Position numbers and translations under genes: made by a program. DNA of 53,464 bases. Origin: Actinomycetota bacterium (GTDB taxonomy: Bacteria > Actinomycetota > Acidimicrobiia > Acidimicrobiales > JAFATL01). Numbering within the stretch: position 1 is the stretch's first letter; every line of letters begins with the position of its first letter. Below, piece after piece: positions 40,938 to 50,263 of this stretch. The notes beneath the pieces are model-generated. The model searched no databases and was not told where the DNA came from. It saw only the letters and a list, made by a program, of their open reading frames with translations. The DNA lies in the NCBI GenBank assembly GCA_041166245.1, contig JBEEFQ010000071.1:1-53464 (forward strand), written 5' to 3'.

Positions 40938-43184
40938 GTGACGGCCACGCTCGATCCCACGACCGAAGAGGTCGTTGCCCCGCCTCGCGGGGTCGGCCCC
41001 GGTTCGGCGGGCGCGCCACCGCGAGGCACAACGGATGACGAAGACCTCGAGGAGATCGGGCCGGTCCTGCGGCCTGCCATCGCCGCCGCCCTGACCTCAG
41101 CGGCCGCGGGTGTGCTCGCGGGCGGCATGTTCGTCGGCGTCGCGCCGCGCGTGTGGGCCATCCTCGGCGCGGTCGTGGGCGTCGCCGCCGCGTGCTGGTT
41201 GGCCCGGCGGCGCGACATCACGCCGGTCAACCAGCTGGTCGCCGCGGGCATGGTGCTGGGTGCCGGCATCGTGGCCCTCGCCGTCTTCGACACGGGCAGC
41301 GTCGGCAGCCTGCCGAAGCTGGTCGGCGAGGCCGTCGCCAGCGGGAAGCTGCGCCAGCCCCCGGCCCCGTTCGAGCCGGGGTGGCGGCCGCTCATCGTCT
41401 GGGTGCTGGGCGCGGTGGGCTTCGGCGCGGCGTGGGTCGGCGTGGCCCTCCGCAAGCCAGGCCCGGCCATGCTCGTGCCCCTGCCCTTGGTGGCCTTCGC
41501 GGCAACGGGCCAGCCGGACTACGCGGCCGTGGCCAGCGGCGTGGTGGTGTTCGTGCTGTTCGCGGCCGCTCTGGCGGTGGTGTTCCGCGCCGACGGCGGC
41601 GACGGCGAGAAGATGCCGGTCAGCTTCGAGCTCAAGCGTGCGTTCCGGGCCGCGCCGCTGGCCGTCATCCTCATCGTGGGGCTCGTCGCCCTGAGCCAGA
41701 CCGACTTCTTGTTCCCGAAGCCGCTCTACGACCCGGCCGAGCAGGCGCAGAAGCCCAAGACAACGCCGCTGTCCGAGGTCGAGGACCGCATCCTGTTCAC
41801 CGTCGTCTCCAAGAACTACACGGGACCGTGGCGGCTGGGTGGCCTCGATGTCTACGACGGCAAGCAGTGGTTGCTGCCGCCCTTCGCAGAATCACGCCTT
41901 CTCGACCTCCCGCGCGACGGCATCATCGACAAGTCCCTGCCGCCGGGCGTGAAGACGTCGTTCACCGTCGAAGGCCTCGAAGGCACGGTGCTCCCGCTGC
42001 CGAACCGGACGCTGGGCCTGGTGTTCGTCGGACCCAAGCTGGTGGTCGACCCACGCACCGCCACCGTCAGGGTGTCGGCCGGACAGGTTCGGCGCTCGTT
42101 CAAGTACGACGTGGCCGCGGCCGCCCTTCCCACCATCGACCAGCTGCAGACCGCGTCGGTGACGCAGGACCCCAAGCTGCTCGAGTTCACCGACGCACCG
42201 CCGGTACCGGAGGCGGTCCGCAAGCTCTTCGCCGAGACGCCGGCGACGACCCCATGGGAGCGGCTCGACTTCGCGCGCAAGCGCCTCCTGGAGACGGTCA
42301 CGGCCGAGGGCGCTGGTCTTCCGTCTGAGGTCCCGCCCTCGAAGATCACGGACCTGCTCGAGGGATCGAAGAAGGGAACACCGTTCGAGATCGTGGCCGC
42401 CCAGGCCCTCATGGCCCGCTGGCTCGGTATCCCGTCGCGCATCGGGTTCGGCTTCGACGGCGGCGACCGCAAAGGCGACGTGCTGGAGGTCAGGCCGCTG
42501 CATGGCTCGTCGTGGCTCGAGGTGCACTTCGAGGGGCAGGGCTGGTTCCCCATCACCGGCGCGCCGAAGAAGGCCAAGCAGTCGCTCTCCAACAAGGACC
42601 CGCAGCGCCAGCAGGAGATCGTCCCGAGCGACGAGATCGGCGTGCTGGTCTTCGTGCCCCTGCGCACCGATCCGCCGAGCGTTCTGCGCGACGCGCTGCA
42701 GCGCTATGTCCTCATGGGCGTCATCGCCGTGCTGCTCGTCCTCCTGACGTACGCGCTCTGGCCGCTGCTGACCAAGGCGCGCCTGCGATCGAAGCGGCGA
42801 CGGTGGGCTGCGGATCATGGCCCACGAGCGCGTATCGCCAACGCCTACGCCGAGTTCCGGGACGCAGCGACCGACCTCGGTGTCGGTCATCCCGAGGACA
42901 CGCCGATGCGGTTCCTCAACCGTGTGGCCGAGGACGACGAGCACACCGAGCTGGCGTGGCTGGTGACCCGCACGATCTGGGGCGACATGCGGGAGAGCGC
43001 GGGCGAGGACGAGGTCCTCGTCGCCGAGGAGCTGAGCCGCAGCCTGCGGGCCCGTCTGGCCCGGGCCCAACCGGTGACGATCCGCATCCTCGCCGCGGTG
43101 TCGCGCCTGTCGCTGCGCTCGCCGTTCGCGCCCGAGTTGATCCGGGCCGCCCGAAGTCGAGGAGACCGCCGTGCCGCTGCATGA
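40938..43184 (+). CDS. transglutaminase-like domain membrane protein (TgpA-like)
   Basis: About 6 N-terminal TM helices, an extracytoplasmic region with a transglutaminase-core-like block (FEIVAAQALMARWLGIPSRIGFGF...HGSSWLEVHFEGQGWFP), and a C-terminal TM plus cytoplasmic tail. Confidence 0.8.
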   Translation: MTATLDPTTEEVVAPPRGVGPGSAGAPPRGTTDDEDLEEIGPVLRPAIAAALTSAAAGVLAGGMFVGVAPRVWAILGAVVGVAAACWLARRRDITPVNQLVAAGMVLGAGIVALAVFDTGSVGSLPKLVGEAVASGKLRQPPAPFEPGWRPLIVWVLGAVGFGAAWVGVALRKPGPAMLVPLPLVAFAATGQPDYAAVASGVVVFVLFAAALAVVFRADGGDGEKMPVSFELKRAFRAAPLAVILIVGLVALSQTDFLFPKPLYDPAEQAQKPKTTPLSEVEDRILFTVVSKNYTGPWRLGGLDVYDGKQWLLPPFAESRLLDLPRDGIIDKSLPPGVKTSFTVEGLEGTVLPLPNRTLGLVFVGPKLVVDPRTATVRVSAGQVRRSFKYDVAAAALPTIDQLQTASVTQDPKLLEFTDAPPVPEAVRKLFAETPATTPWERLDFARKRLLETVTAEGAGLPSEVPPSKITDLLEGSKKGTPFEIVAAQALMARWLGIPSRIGFGFDGGDRKGDVLEVRPLHGSSWLEVHFEGQGWFPITGAPKKAKQSLSNKDPQRQQEIVPSDEIGVLVFVPLRTDPPSVLRDALQRYVLMGVIAVLLVLLTYALWPLLTKARLRSKRRRWAADHGPRARIANAYAEFRDAATDLGVGHPEDTPMRFLNRVAEDDEHTELAWLVTRTIWGDMRESAGEDEVLVAEELSRSLRARLARAQPVTIRILAAVSRLSLRSPFAPELIRAARSRGDRRAAA

Positions 43185-44133
43185 CCGCCGCCGATCGGTG
43201 GTCGTGGCCGCCGTCCTCGTGGCTGCCGCGTCGCTCTCCGCGTGCGCCAAGCCCGAGAAGCCGGGCGTGGCGCTGAAGGAGGTCGGCGTCGACCTCGTCT
43301 ACGGCAAGAAGGTCGACGTCCAGCCGGGAGCAACGCAGGGTGGCGTCGTCGGTGGTGACGCCGTCGCCCCGGTGGGTGTCACCCCGGCCGAGACCGGGCT
43401 GGAGCCGACGCTGAGCCCTCGCTCGTCGGGCCGTCCCGGCGCGACGGCTGGCGCACCCGCGGCGGCGGCCGCCACAGGTCCGTGTCCCGACCCGGCTGAC
43501 GACGCCAGCGCGGGAGACCCCGCACCCCCGCGCATCGAGCGGCCGCCCGCCAACGGCGACTACTGGACGCGGTTCTCCGTGCCCGGAGGCGAGGCCCGCA
43601 CCGGCTACCGCAGGATCGACGCGGGGCGCGTCGCGCAGAACGGGACCTTCGAGTACAAGATCACCGAGCCCTTCAACGGCCAGAGTTACGCCTTCCGGGT
43701 GGACCCGAAGGACGGGATGTTCCTGACCCAGATCATCCTCGTGCGCAACGGCTCACCGGTCACCGTCCAGCCCCAGGTGCCGCTCGAGGTCGTGAACTTC
43801 CCGATCCTCGCCGGGGACCGCACAGGCGGCGAGGGGAACGTCGACTCGGTGAGCACCGACCCGTCACAGCGGACGTTGTTCGTCTATCACGGCAAGCCGC
43901 AGGGCAAGGAAGTGATCGCGGCGTGCAACCGGCTCGTCGAGACGTGGAAGTTCGCGTGGGACCTCGAGGTCACCATCGATGGCGCGACCCACCACGAGGT
44001 CGGCACCGTCAACCTCATGACGCAGTACGGGGGTTGGGCGGCGCGGTCCGAGCTGGAGGTCAGCGGCGCCTTCCGGCAGGCCAAGGAGACCATCAGCGCG
44101 TTGCGCCTCACACCCGGGAGAGTGCAGCAATGA
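43171..44133 (+). CDS. hypothetical lipoprotein
   Basis: GAGGAG SD 6 nt before GTG 43171. Lipobox AAASLSAC-AK. Overlaps the upstream gene by 14 nt. Confidence 0.65.
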   Translation: MPLHDRRRSVVVAAVLVAAASLSACAKPEKPGVALKEVGVDLVYGKKVDVQPGATQGGVVGGDAVAPVGVTPAETGLEPTLSPRSSGRPGATAGAPAAAAATGPCPDPADDASAGDPAPPRIERPPANGDYWTRFSVPGGEARTGYRRIDAGRVAQNGTFEYKITEPFNGQSYAFRVDPKDGMFLTQIILVRNGSPVTVQPQVPLEVVNFPILAGDRTGGEGNVDSVSTDPSQRTLFVYHGKPQGKEVIAACNRLVETWKFAWDLEVTIDGATHHEVGTVNLMTQYGGWAARSELEVSGAFRQAKETISALRLTPGRVQQ

Positions 44134-46286
44134 ACGCCACCGCCGAGCGTCGACGCGACCTCATTGGGGGCGCCGTCGCCACCGTTCTCGTGCTCGGGGC
44201 CGTGTTCCTCATGCCACGCGGGCTGGCGATCGGGGCCGTGTTCATCAACGGGCTGCTGGCCGGCCTGCTGTACGCCATCACGGCCGTCGGCATGATCCTG
44301 ATCTACCGCAGCTCCCGGGTGATCAACTTCGCCCAGATCTCCCTCGGCGGCGTCGGGTCCACCACCGCCTATTACCTCAACACGCGGTATGACGTCCCGT
44401 TCTTCCTCGCCGTGGCCGCGGGAATCGTCGTCGCCCCGGTGCTCGGTGGCCTGATCGACCTGCTGATCATGCAGCGGTTCACCAAGTCGCCCCGCCTCGT
44501 GGCCACCGTCGCCACCCTCGGGCTCGTGCCCCTGCTGGGCGAGCTCATCCGCCGGGTCATCGACTTCCTCGAGAAGGAGGATCTCGAGGGCCGCCAGAAT
44601 CTGCCGTTCAACTTCCCGTTCAAGGGCAGCAAGCTCGACATCAACGGCTTCGTGTTCGACGTGCGGCACCTGACGGTGCTGGTGCTGTGCAGTGTCGCCC
44701 TGATCGGACTGGCCGCGTTCCTGCGGCGCAGTCGACTCGGCATCGCCGTCCGAGGCGCGTCGGAGAACGCCGACCGGGCCGCGCTCCTCGGCGTGCCCGT
44801 GATGCTCGTCTCGGTCACCGTCTGGGCCATCGCCGCCACGCTCTCGACCATCGCGGCGACGACCGGCGGGGCCATCGGGCTGGTCGACCAACGGTCGATC
44901 TCGGTGGAGGCGCTCATGCCCGCCCTGGCCGCGGCCGTGCTGGCCCGCATGGTGAGCATGCCGTTGGCCGTGTTGGCCGGGCTCCTGATCGGCGTCCTCG
45001 ACCGCGGGCTGAGCTGGTCCTACGGCCAGAACCCCTACATCCAGCTCGTGCTCTTCGCGGTCATCATCGTGGGCCTCCTGCTGCAGCGAAAGCTCGTCAC
45101 GGGCGGCGAACAGGACGGCGCCAACACGTTCAGGGCGGCGCGCGAGGCCCGGCCCGTTCCGGCCGAGTTGCTGGCGATCTCCGGCGTGCGCCGGGCCCGA
45201 CAGGCGATGGTGGCGCTGACGGTGATCGCGGCCCTCGGGGTCCCGTGGCTCCTCGACGCTGGGCAGGTCAACCTCTCGTCGTTCACCGCCATCCTGGCCA
45301 TCATGACGGTCTCGCTGGTGATCCTCACCGGGTGGGCGGGACAGATCAGCCTCGGCCACTTCGCCATCGTGGCCGCCACCGGGTTCATCGGCGGGATCGC
45401 CACGACGACATGGGGTCTGTCGTTCTGGTTGGCCCTCCCGCTCGGGGCCGTCGCAGGGGCGCTCATCGCGTTCCTCATCGGTCTTCCTGCGCTGCGGGTC
45501 AAGGGCTTGTTCCTCGCTGTCTCCACGTTCGCCCTCTCCGTCGCCACCCCGCTGGTGCTCTTCGATGAGGATCTGCTCGGCCGTTACGCGCCGACCACTG
45601 TGGACCGGCCCAAGCTGCTGTTCATCGACTTCCAGCGCAGCGAGCGGGCGTACTACTACCTCACGCTCGCGTTCCTCGTCATGACCCTGCTCGTGGCTCA
45701 GGGGCTGCGCCGCAGCCGTACTGGCCGTGTGCTCATCGCCCTGCGCGACAACGAGTCCGGCACCCAGTCGTTCGGTGTCGACGTCATGCGGGCCCGCATC
45801 ACCGCCTTCATGATCTCAGGATTCTTCGCTGGCCTCGCCGGCGTGCTGTACGTCCACCACCAGTTCGGCGCGGTCGCCACGTCGTTCGAGCCGGAGCGCA
45901 GCGTGAACCTGTTCGTCGGCGTCGTGGTCGGCGGCATGGCGTCGCTCTCGGGCGGCGTGCTGGCGGCCATCTACTTCGGGGTGCTCATCGGGTATTTGCT
46001 GCCGCGCAACCTCGTCGGCCTGGCTCAGTCCATCAGCGTCATCGGGGTGCTCATCCTGTTCCCGGGTGGGCTCACCCAACTGCTGTACGGCGCGCGCGAT
46101 GCAGTGTTGCGCATCGTGGCGCTGCGCAACCGCGTGGTCGTCCCCAGCCTCTTCGGCGAGAGTGAGGTCGCGGACTGGGACGATCGCCGGGCACCCCTGG
46201 CTCCCACCGGCAGGGGCGGCCTGGCCACCCTCAGGCCCGGCCAGAAGTACAGACTCCCGTCGCGTTTGTGGGGGAGGCCGGTGTGA
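44130..46286 (+). CDS. fused LivH/LivM-type branched-chain-amino-acid-family ABC permease
   Basis: The N-terminal half is LivH-like (GLLYAITAVGMILIYRSSRVINFAQ). The C-terminal half is LivM-like (LTGWAGQISLGHFAIVA, GLPALRVKGLFLAVSTFAL). ATGA overlap with the upstream gene. Confidence 0.85.
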   Translation: MNATAERRRDLIGGAVATVLVLGAVFLMPRGLAIGAVFINGLLAGLLYAITAVGMILIYRSSRVINFAQISLGGVGSTTAYYLNTRYDVPFFLAVAAGIVVAPVLGGLIDLLIMQRFTKSPRLVATVATLGLVPLLGELIRRVIDFLEKEDLEGRQNLPFNFPFKGSKLDINGFVFDVRHLTVLVLCSVALIGLAAFLRRSRLGIAVRGASENADRAALLGVPVMLVSVTVWAIAATLSTIAATTGGAIGLVDQRSISVEALMPALAAAVLARMVSMPLAVLAGLLIGVLDRGLSWSYGQNPYIQLVLFAVIIVGLLLQRKLVTGGEQDGANTFRAAREARPVPAELLAISGVRRARQAMVALTVIAALGVPWLLDAGQVNLSSFTAILAIMTVSLVILTGWAGQISLGHFAIVAATGFIGGIATTTWGLSFWLALPLGAVAGALIAFLIGLPALRVKGLFLAVSTFALSVATPLVLFDEDLLGRYAPTTVDRPKLLFIDFQRSERAYYYLTLAFLVMTLLVAQGLRRSRTGRVLIALRDNESGTQSFGVDVMRARITAFMISGFFAGLAGVLYVHHQFGAVATSFEPERSVNLFVGVVVGGMASLSGGVLAAIYFGVLIGYLLPRNLVGLAQSISVIGVLILFPGGLTQLLYGARDAVLRIVALRNRVVVPSLFGESEVADWDDRRAPLAPTGRGGLATLRPGQKYRLPSRLWGRPV

Positions 46287-49234
46287 TCGAGATCACTCCC
46301 GACGTGACGCCTGAGGCCTCGTCTGTCCGCCGCTTCACCAAGAACCTCGACCTGCGAGGACTCGGCAAGTACGGCGCGGTGCCCATCCTCGTGCTGACCC
46401 TGTTCGCGGTCACCGACAACTTCGGCAACGCAGCCAGCAGCCTGCTGCTCAACGACGTGCAGCGCGAGTTCAAGATCAACCTGTCGTACCTGGTGCGCAT
46501 CAGCATCAACGTCGGTGCCGTCGCCGCGGTGCTGGCGGTGTTCTTCGGCTACATGGCCGACCGCTCCAATCGGGTGCGGCTGCTCGGCGTCGGCGTGGCG
46601 CTGACCGGCGTTTCCTACGTCCTCACCGCCGCCAGCCAGAGCAAAGGTCAATACGTCGGCGCCCAGCTGTTCAGCGCCCTGACCGTGATCCTCACCCCGG
46701 TGCTCTTCTCGCTCTTGGCCGACTGGTATCCACTCGAGCGACGAGGCCGCGTCTTCTCCTTCTACTTCATGGGCCAGGCCATCGGCGATCTGATCGCGCC
46801 GATCGCGGTCGGAGCCGCTGGGCTGAGCTTCGGATGGCGGGCACCCATGCTCTTCATGGTGGCGATCCCGACGCTGCTGCTGGTGCCCTTCACGTTGCTC
46901 CTGCGGAACCCGATCCGGGGCTACTGGGAGCGCATCGCGTCAACCGCCAACGAGGAGACGGCACTGAAGGAGGACGCCCCGCCGTCGCCCGGCGAGGCGT
47001 TCCGGACCTACTGGAGCACCCGCACATTGCGCCGCCTCTCCTACGCGCAGCCCTTCGCCCGCACGCGGTCGGCCCAGGGCGCGGCCTTGCTCCTCTTCTA
47101 CATCGTCGTGCACGGCCTCGACTCGTTCCGGCTCGGGATGCTCACGTCCCTCTACGCGGCGTTCTCCATCGTCGGCCTCTACGTCGGCGGTCGCATGGTC
47201 GACCGCTTCGCCCAGGTCAGCCCGGGCAAGATGATGATGCTCTCCGGCATCGGCAGCCTGATCAACGCCCTCTCGGTGCTCGTGATCGTCTTCGCTCCAC
47301 AGCTCTGGATGGTCGTCTTCTTCAACTGCGTTCTCGGCCTCGTGCTGGCGATCCCCGACGCCGCCGAGCAGGCCGTGGTGTCCTCCGTCATCCCACCCCG
47401 GGTGCGGGGCCTCGGGCTGTCGGCCTTCGGGCTGTGGGGCATCGGCGGGCTCTTCCTCATCCTCGCCACCCAGGCCGTCTCGGGCGACGTTGGCATCCGC
47501 GGCGCCGTCCTCTGCTTCGTGCCCATGCAGGCCATCGCCGCCATCATCCGCATGAGCGCGGCGTCATTCGTCGAGTTCGACCTGCGGGCGGCGCGTGCGA
47601 AGGCGATGGCGACCGCCGACTGGGCCGAGGCCAAGCGGCAGGGGCGGGACAAGCTGCTCGTGTGCCGCGACGTCGACGTGTACTACGGCAGCGTCCAGGT
47701 GCTGTTCGGTGTCGACTTCGAGGCCGAGGAGGGCGAGATCGTCGCCCTGCTCGGCACCAACGGCGCCGGCAAGTCGACGCTGCTGCGGGCCATCTCCGGC
47801 GTCACCGAGGCCACCAACGGCGCCATCCTCTTCGACGGCGACGACGTCACCCACATCCCCCCGCACGAGATCGCGGGCAAGGGTGTGGCCCAGACCCCCG
47901 GTGGGCGGGGCGTGTTCCCCGGGCTGACGGTGCGGGAGAACCTCGAGCTGGCCGGGTGGCTGCACCACGACATCGAGGACCGCCTCGAGGAGGTCTTCGG
48001 CCACTTCCCCGTGCTGCGCGAGCGACTCGACGAGACAGCGGGCAACCTCTCTGGCGGCCAGCAGCAGATGCTGACCCTGGCCCAGGCCTTCCTCACTCAG
48101 CCCAAGCTGCTCATGATCGACGAGCTGTCCCTGGGGCTGGCGCCCGCGGTCGTCGCCCAGCTGCTGGACATGCTGCGCGTCATCCACGCCGGTGGCACCA
48201 CGATCATCCTCGTGGAGCAGTCGGTCAACGTCGCCCTCTCCATCGCTCAGCGGGCCGTGTTCATGGAGAAGGGTGAGGTGCGCTTCACCGGGCCGACCGA
48301 GGAGCTCCTGGACCGCCCCGACATCCTGCGCTCGGTGTTCCTCAAAGGGGCTTCGGGCGGCGGGAGCGGCCGCGGCCGCGCCGTCGCGCCGCTGACGGCC
48401 AGCGCCGAGCGGGAGCGGGCCCGGCTCGCGGAGAGCGCCATCGTGCTCGAGGCGGTCGACCTCTCGAAGCGCTTCGGCGGGGTGTTGGCCGTCGACGACG
48501 TGAGCCTCGAGCTGCGCGAAGGCGAGGTGCTGGGCCTCATCGGGCCCAACGGCGCAGGGAAGTCGACGGTGCTCGGGCTCCTCTCCGGCTTCATCACCGC
48601 CGACGCCGGTCGCGTCGTGTTCGAGGGCCAGGACGTGTCCGACCTGAGCCCCGACGAGCGGGCCCGTCAGGGCCTGGTCCGCCGGTTCCAGGACGCGCTG
48701 CTGTTCCCGTCGCTCACCGTTTCCGAGACCCTGGCCGTGGCCCTCGAGCGCAGCATCGAGGTGCGCAGCCCCATCGCTCAGGCACTGCGGCTCCCGTCGG
48801 CGCGCATCTCCGAAGCCAAGGTGCTCCGGCGAGTCGAGACGCTGGTCGAACTGTTCGAGCTCGGCGGGTTCCGGGACAAGTTCGTCGGCGAGCTGTCCAC
48901 CGGCACGCGCCGCGTGCTCGACCTGGCGTGTGTCCTCGCCGTCGAGCCGCGCGTGCTGCTGCTCGACGAGCCGTCGTCCGGCCTGGCCCAGCGGGAGACC
49001 GAGGCCATGGGGCCGCTGATCCGACGCATCCGCTACGAGACGGGCGCGAGCATCGCCATCGTCGAGCACGACATGCCGCTCATCGCGTCGGTGTCCGACG
49101 AGCTGCTGGCCATGGACCTCGGACGGACGGTGCTGCGGGGCACGCCGGACGAGGTGTTGAACGACGAGCGGGTCGTCGCGTCGTACTTGGGAAGTTCAGG
49201 AGAGGCCATCGCCCGATCAGGAAGGGTCCGATGA
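46283..49234 (+). CDS. MFS-like 12-TM domain fused to two Liv-type ABC ATPase domains (LivF-like then LivG-like)
   Basis: About 440 aa of MFS-like TM helices (YMADRSNRVRLLGVG, ERRGRVFSFYFMGQAIG). NBD1 has GTNGAGKSTLL / LSGGQQQ / LLMIDE. NBD2 has GPNGAGKSTVL / LSTGTRR / LLLDEP. GTG 46283 makes a GTGA overlap; the track start is 46268. Confidence 0.85.
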   Translation: MIEITPDVTPEASSVRRFTKNLDLRGLGKYGAVPILVLTLFAVTDNFGNAASSLLLNDVQREFKINLSYLVRISINVGAVAAVLAVFFGYMADRSNRVRLLGVGVALTGVSYVLTAASQSKGQYVGAQLFSALTVILTPVLFSLLADWYPLERRGRVFSFYFMGQAIGDLIAPIAVGAAGLSFGWRAPMLFMVAIPTLLLVPFTLLLRNPIRGYWERIASTANEETALKEDAPPSPGEAFRTYWSTRTLRRLSYAQPFARTRSAQGAALLLFYIVVHGLDSFRLGMLTSLYAAFSIVGLYVGGRMVDRFAQVSPGKMMMLSGIGSLINALSVLVIVFAPQLWMVVFFNCVLGLVLAIPDAAEQAVVSSVIPPRVRGLGLSAFGLWGIGGLFLILATQAVSGDVGIRGAVLCFVPMQAIAAIIRMSAASFVEFDLRAARAKAMATADWAEAKRQGRDKLLVCRDVDVYYGSVQVLFGVDFEAEEGEIVALLGTNGAGKSTLLRAISGVTEATNGAILFDGDDVTHIPPHEIAGKGVAQTPGGRGVFPGLTVRENLELAGWLHHDIEDRLEEVFGHFPVLRERLDETAGNLSGGQQQMLTLAQAFLTQPKLLMIDELSLGLAPAVVAQLLDMLRVIHAGGTTIILVEQSVNVALSIAQRAVFMEKGEVRFTGPTEELLDRPDILRSVFLKGASGGGSGRGRAVAPLTASAERERARLAESAIVLEAVDLSKRFGGVLAVDDVSLELREGEVLGLIGPNGAGKSTVLGLLSGFITADAGRVVFEGQDVSDLSPDERARQGLVRRFQDALLFPSLTVSETLAVALERSIEVRSPIAQALRLPSARISEAKVLRRVETLVELFELGGFRDKFVGELSTGTRRVLDLACVLAVEPRVLLLDEPSSGLAQRETEAMGPLIRRIRYETGASIAIVEHDMPLIASVSDELLAMDLGRTVLRGTPDEVLNDERVVASYLGSSGEAIARSGRVR

Positions 49235-49725
49235 GACGAGCGTTGGTATTGCTGCTGGCGGCCGTTGCCCTGGTGGGCGCGGGCTGCAGTGAGGACAAGA
49301 AGGTGGGCAGCGACGAGCTGCTCCAATTCAACGAGTCGGCGACGACAACCGCGCCCGCGGCCGGTGCCGGCGGCCCGACAACCAGTGCGGTCGCGACGAC
49401 GGTCAAGGTGCAGGCAACGGCGCCGCCGACGACGAAGGCCAGCACGGCCCGCGCCGCGACGCCGGCAAGCACGGACTTCCAGCTGTCCATCACCGCCAAC
49501 GGCTTCGATCCCGACAACTTCGCGGTGAAGGTCGGGCAGCGGGTGGTCTTCACCAACAAGGACTCGGGCCGGGCCCACTCGTGGGTGGCGAACGACGGCA
49601 CGTGGGACTCCGGGCCGCTCCAGCCCGGGGAGCAGTTCGTCTACGTGGCCAACAAGCCGGGCGTGTTCGACTTCAAGGACGAAGAGGTGCCGTTCCTCAT
49701 CGGGCGCATGGAGGTGCGGGCGTGA
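49231..49725 (+). CDS. lipoprotein with cupredoxin-like domain
   Basis: Lipobox LVGAGC-SE, a Thr/Ala/Pro linker, then FDPDNFAVKVGQRVVFTNKDSGRAHSWV...PGVFDF (cupredoxin-like strands). ATGA overlap. Confidence 0.65.
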   Translation: MRRALVLLLAAVALVGAGCSEDKKVGSDELLQFNESATTTAPAAGAGGPTTSAVATTVKVQATAPPTTKASTARAATPASTDFQLSITANGFDPDNFAVKVGQRVVFTNKDSGRAHSWVANDGTWDSGPLQPGEQFVYVANKPGVFDFKDEEVPFLIGRMEVRA

Positions 49726-50261
49726 GGCCATGGCGTCGCGCCGTCCTGGCCGCCGCCGCCCTGGCCCTGCTCGTCGGCGCCTCCGGGTGCGGGAAGGAGG
49801 GGGGCGGCGGTGTGGACTTCGACGCGGCGACGCTGAACGTGCCGGCCGACCTCGGAGGGCTCTCCGTCCTGCTCGAGCCGAAGGCGACCGAGAAGCTCAA
49901 GACGTCGAACAAGTCCCAGTCCTACGTCGCCGACGGCGCGGTCTTCGCCCTCCGGCGTGGTGACGAGCTGAAGGCCGTGCTCCAGGTCGCCCTGTTCACG
50001 GCTGACGCCCGTCCCGACGACGACGAGTTCCGCCGCACCATCGTCAACCAGATCGGCGGCTTCAGCGGCCAGCCGACCAAGGTGGCCGGCGTCCCCGTGT
50101 ACGCGACGGAGCTCAACGAGCAGATCTTCTACGTGTGGTTCCGGGACCGGTTCTTCGAAACGCTCTCGGTCCGCAAGTCCGAGGCCTTCGCACCCGCGGC
50201 GGAGCGAGTCGACGTCAAGGCCCTCCTGCAGGAGGCCGTTTCCCTGAAGCCGGAGATCTAA
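49722..50261 (+). CDS. hypothetical lipoprotein
   Basis: GTG 49722 (GTGA overlap) gives VRPWRRAVLAAAALALLVGASGC-GK (lipobox). Good GC3 bias. Confidence 0.6.
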   Translation: MRPWRRAVLAAAALALLVGASGCGKEGGGGVDFDAATLNVPADLGGLSVLLEPKATEKLKTSNKSQSYVADGAVFALRRGDELKAVLQVALFTADARPDDDEFRRTIVNQIGGFSGQPTKVAGVPVYATELNEQIFYVWFRDRFFETLSVRKSEAFAPAAERVDVKALLQEAVSLKPEI

Positions 50262-50263
50262 CG

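Noticed and set aside
40938-43184. Whether the transglutaminase-like protein could be the missing lasso-peptide B (leader peptidase) for the kinase cluster.
   Set aside because: - It lies 4 kb downstream of the kinase cluster, in a separate MoxR-DUF58 context.
- It is a 748-aa polytopic TgpA-type membrane protein, not a small cytoplasmic B2 protein.
- It appears to lack the catalytic Cys.
- No Asn-synthetase-like cyclase exists in the window.
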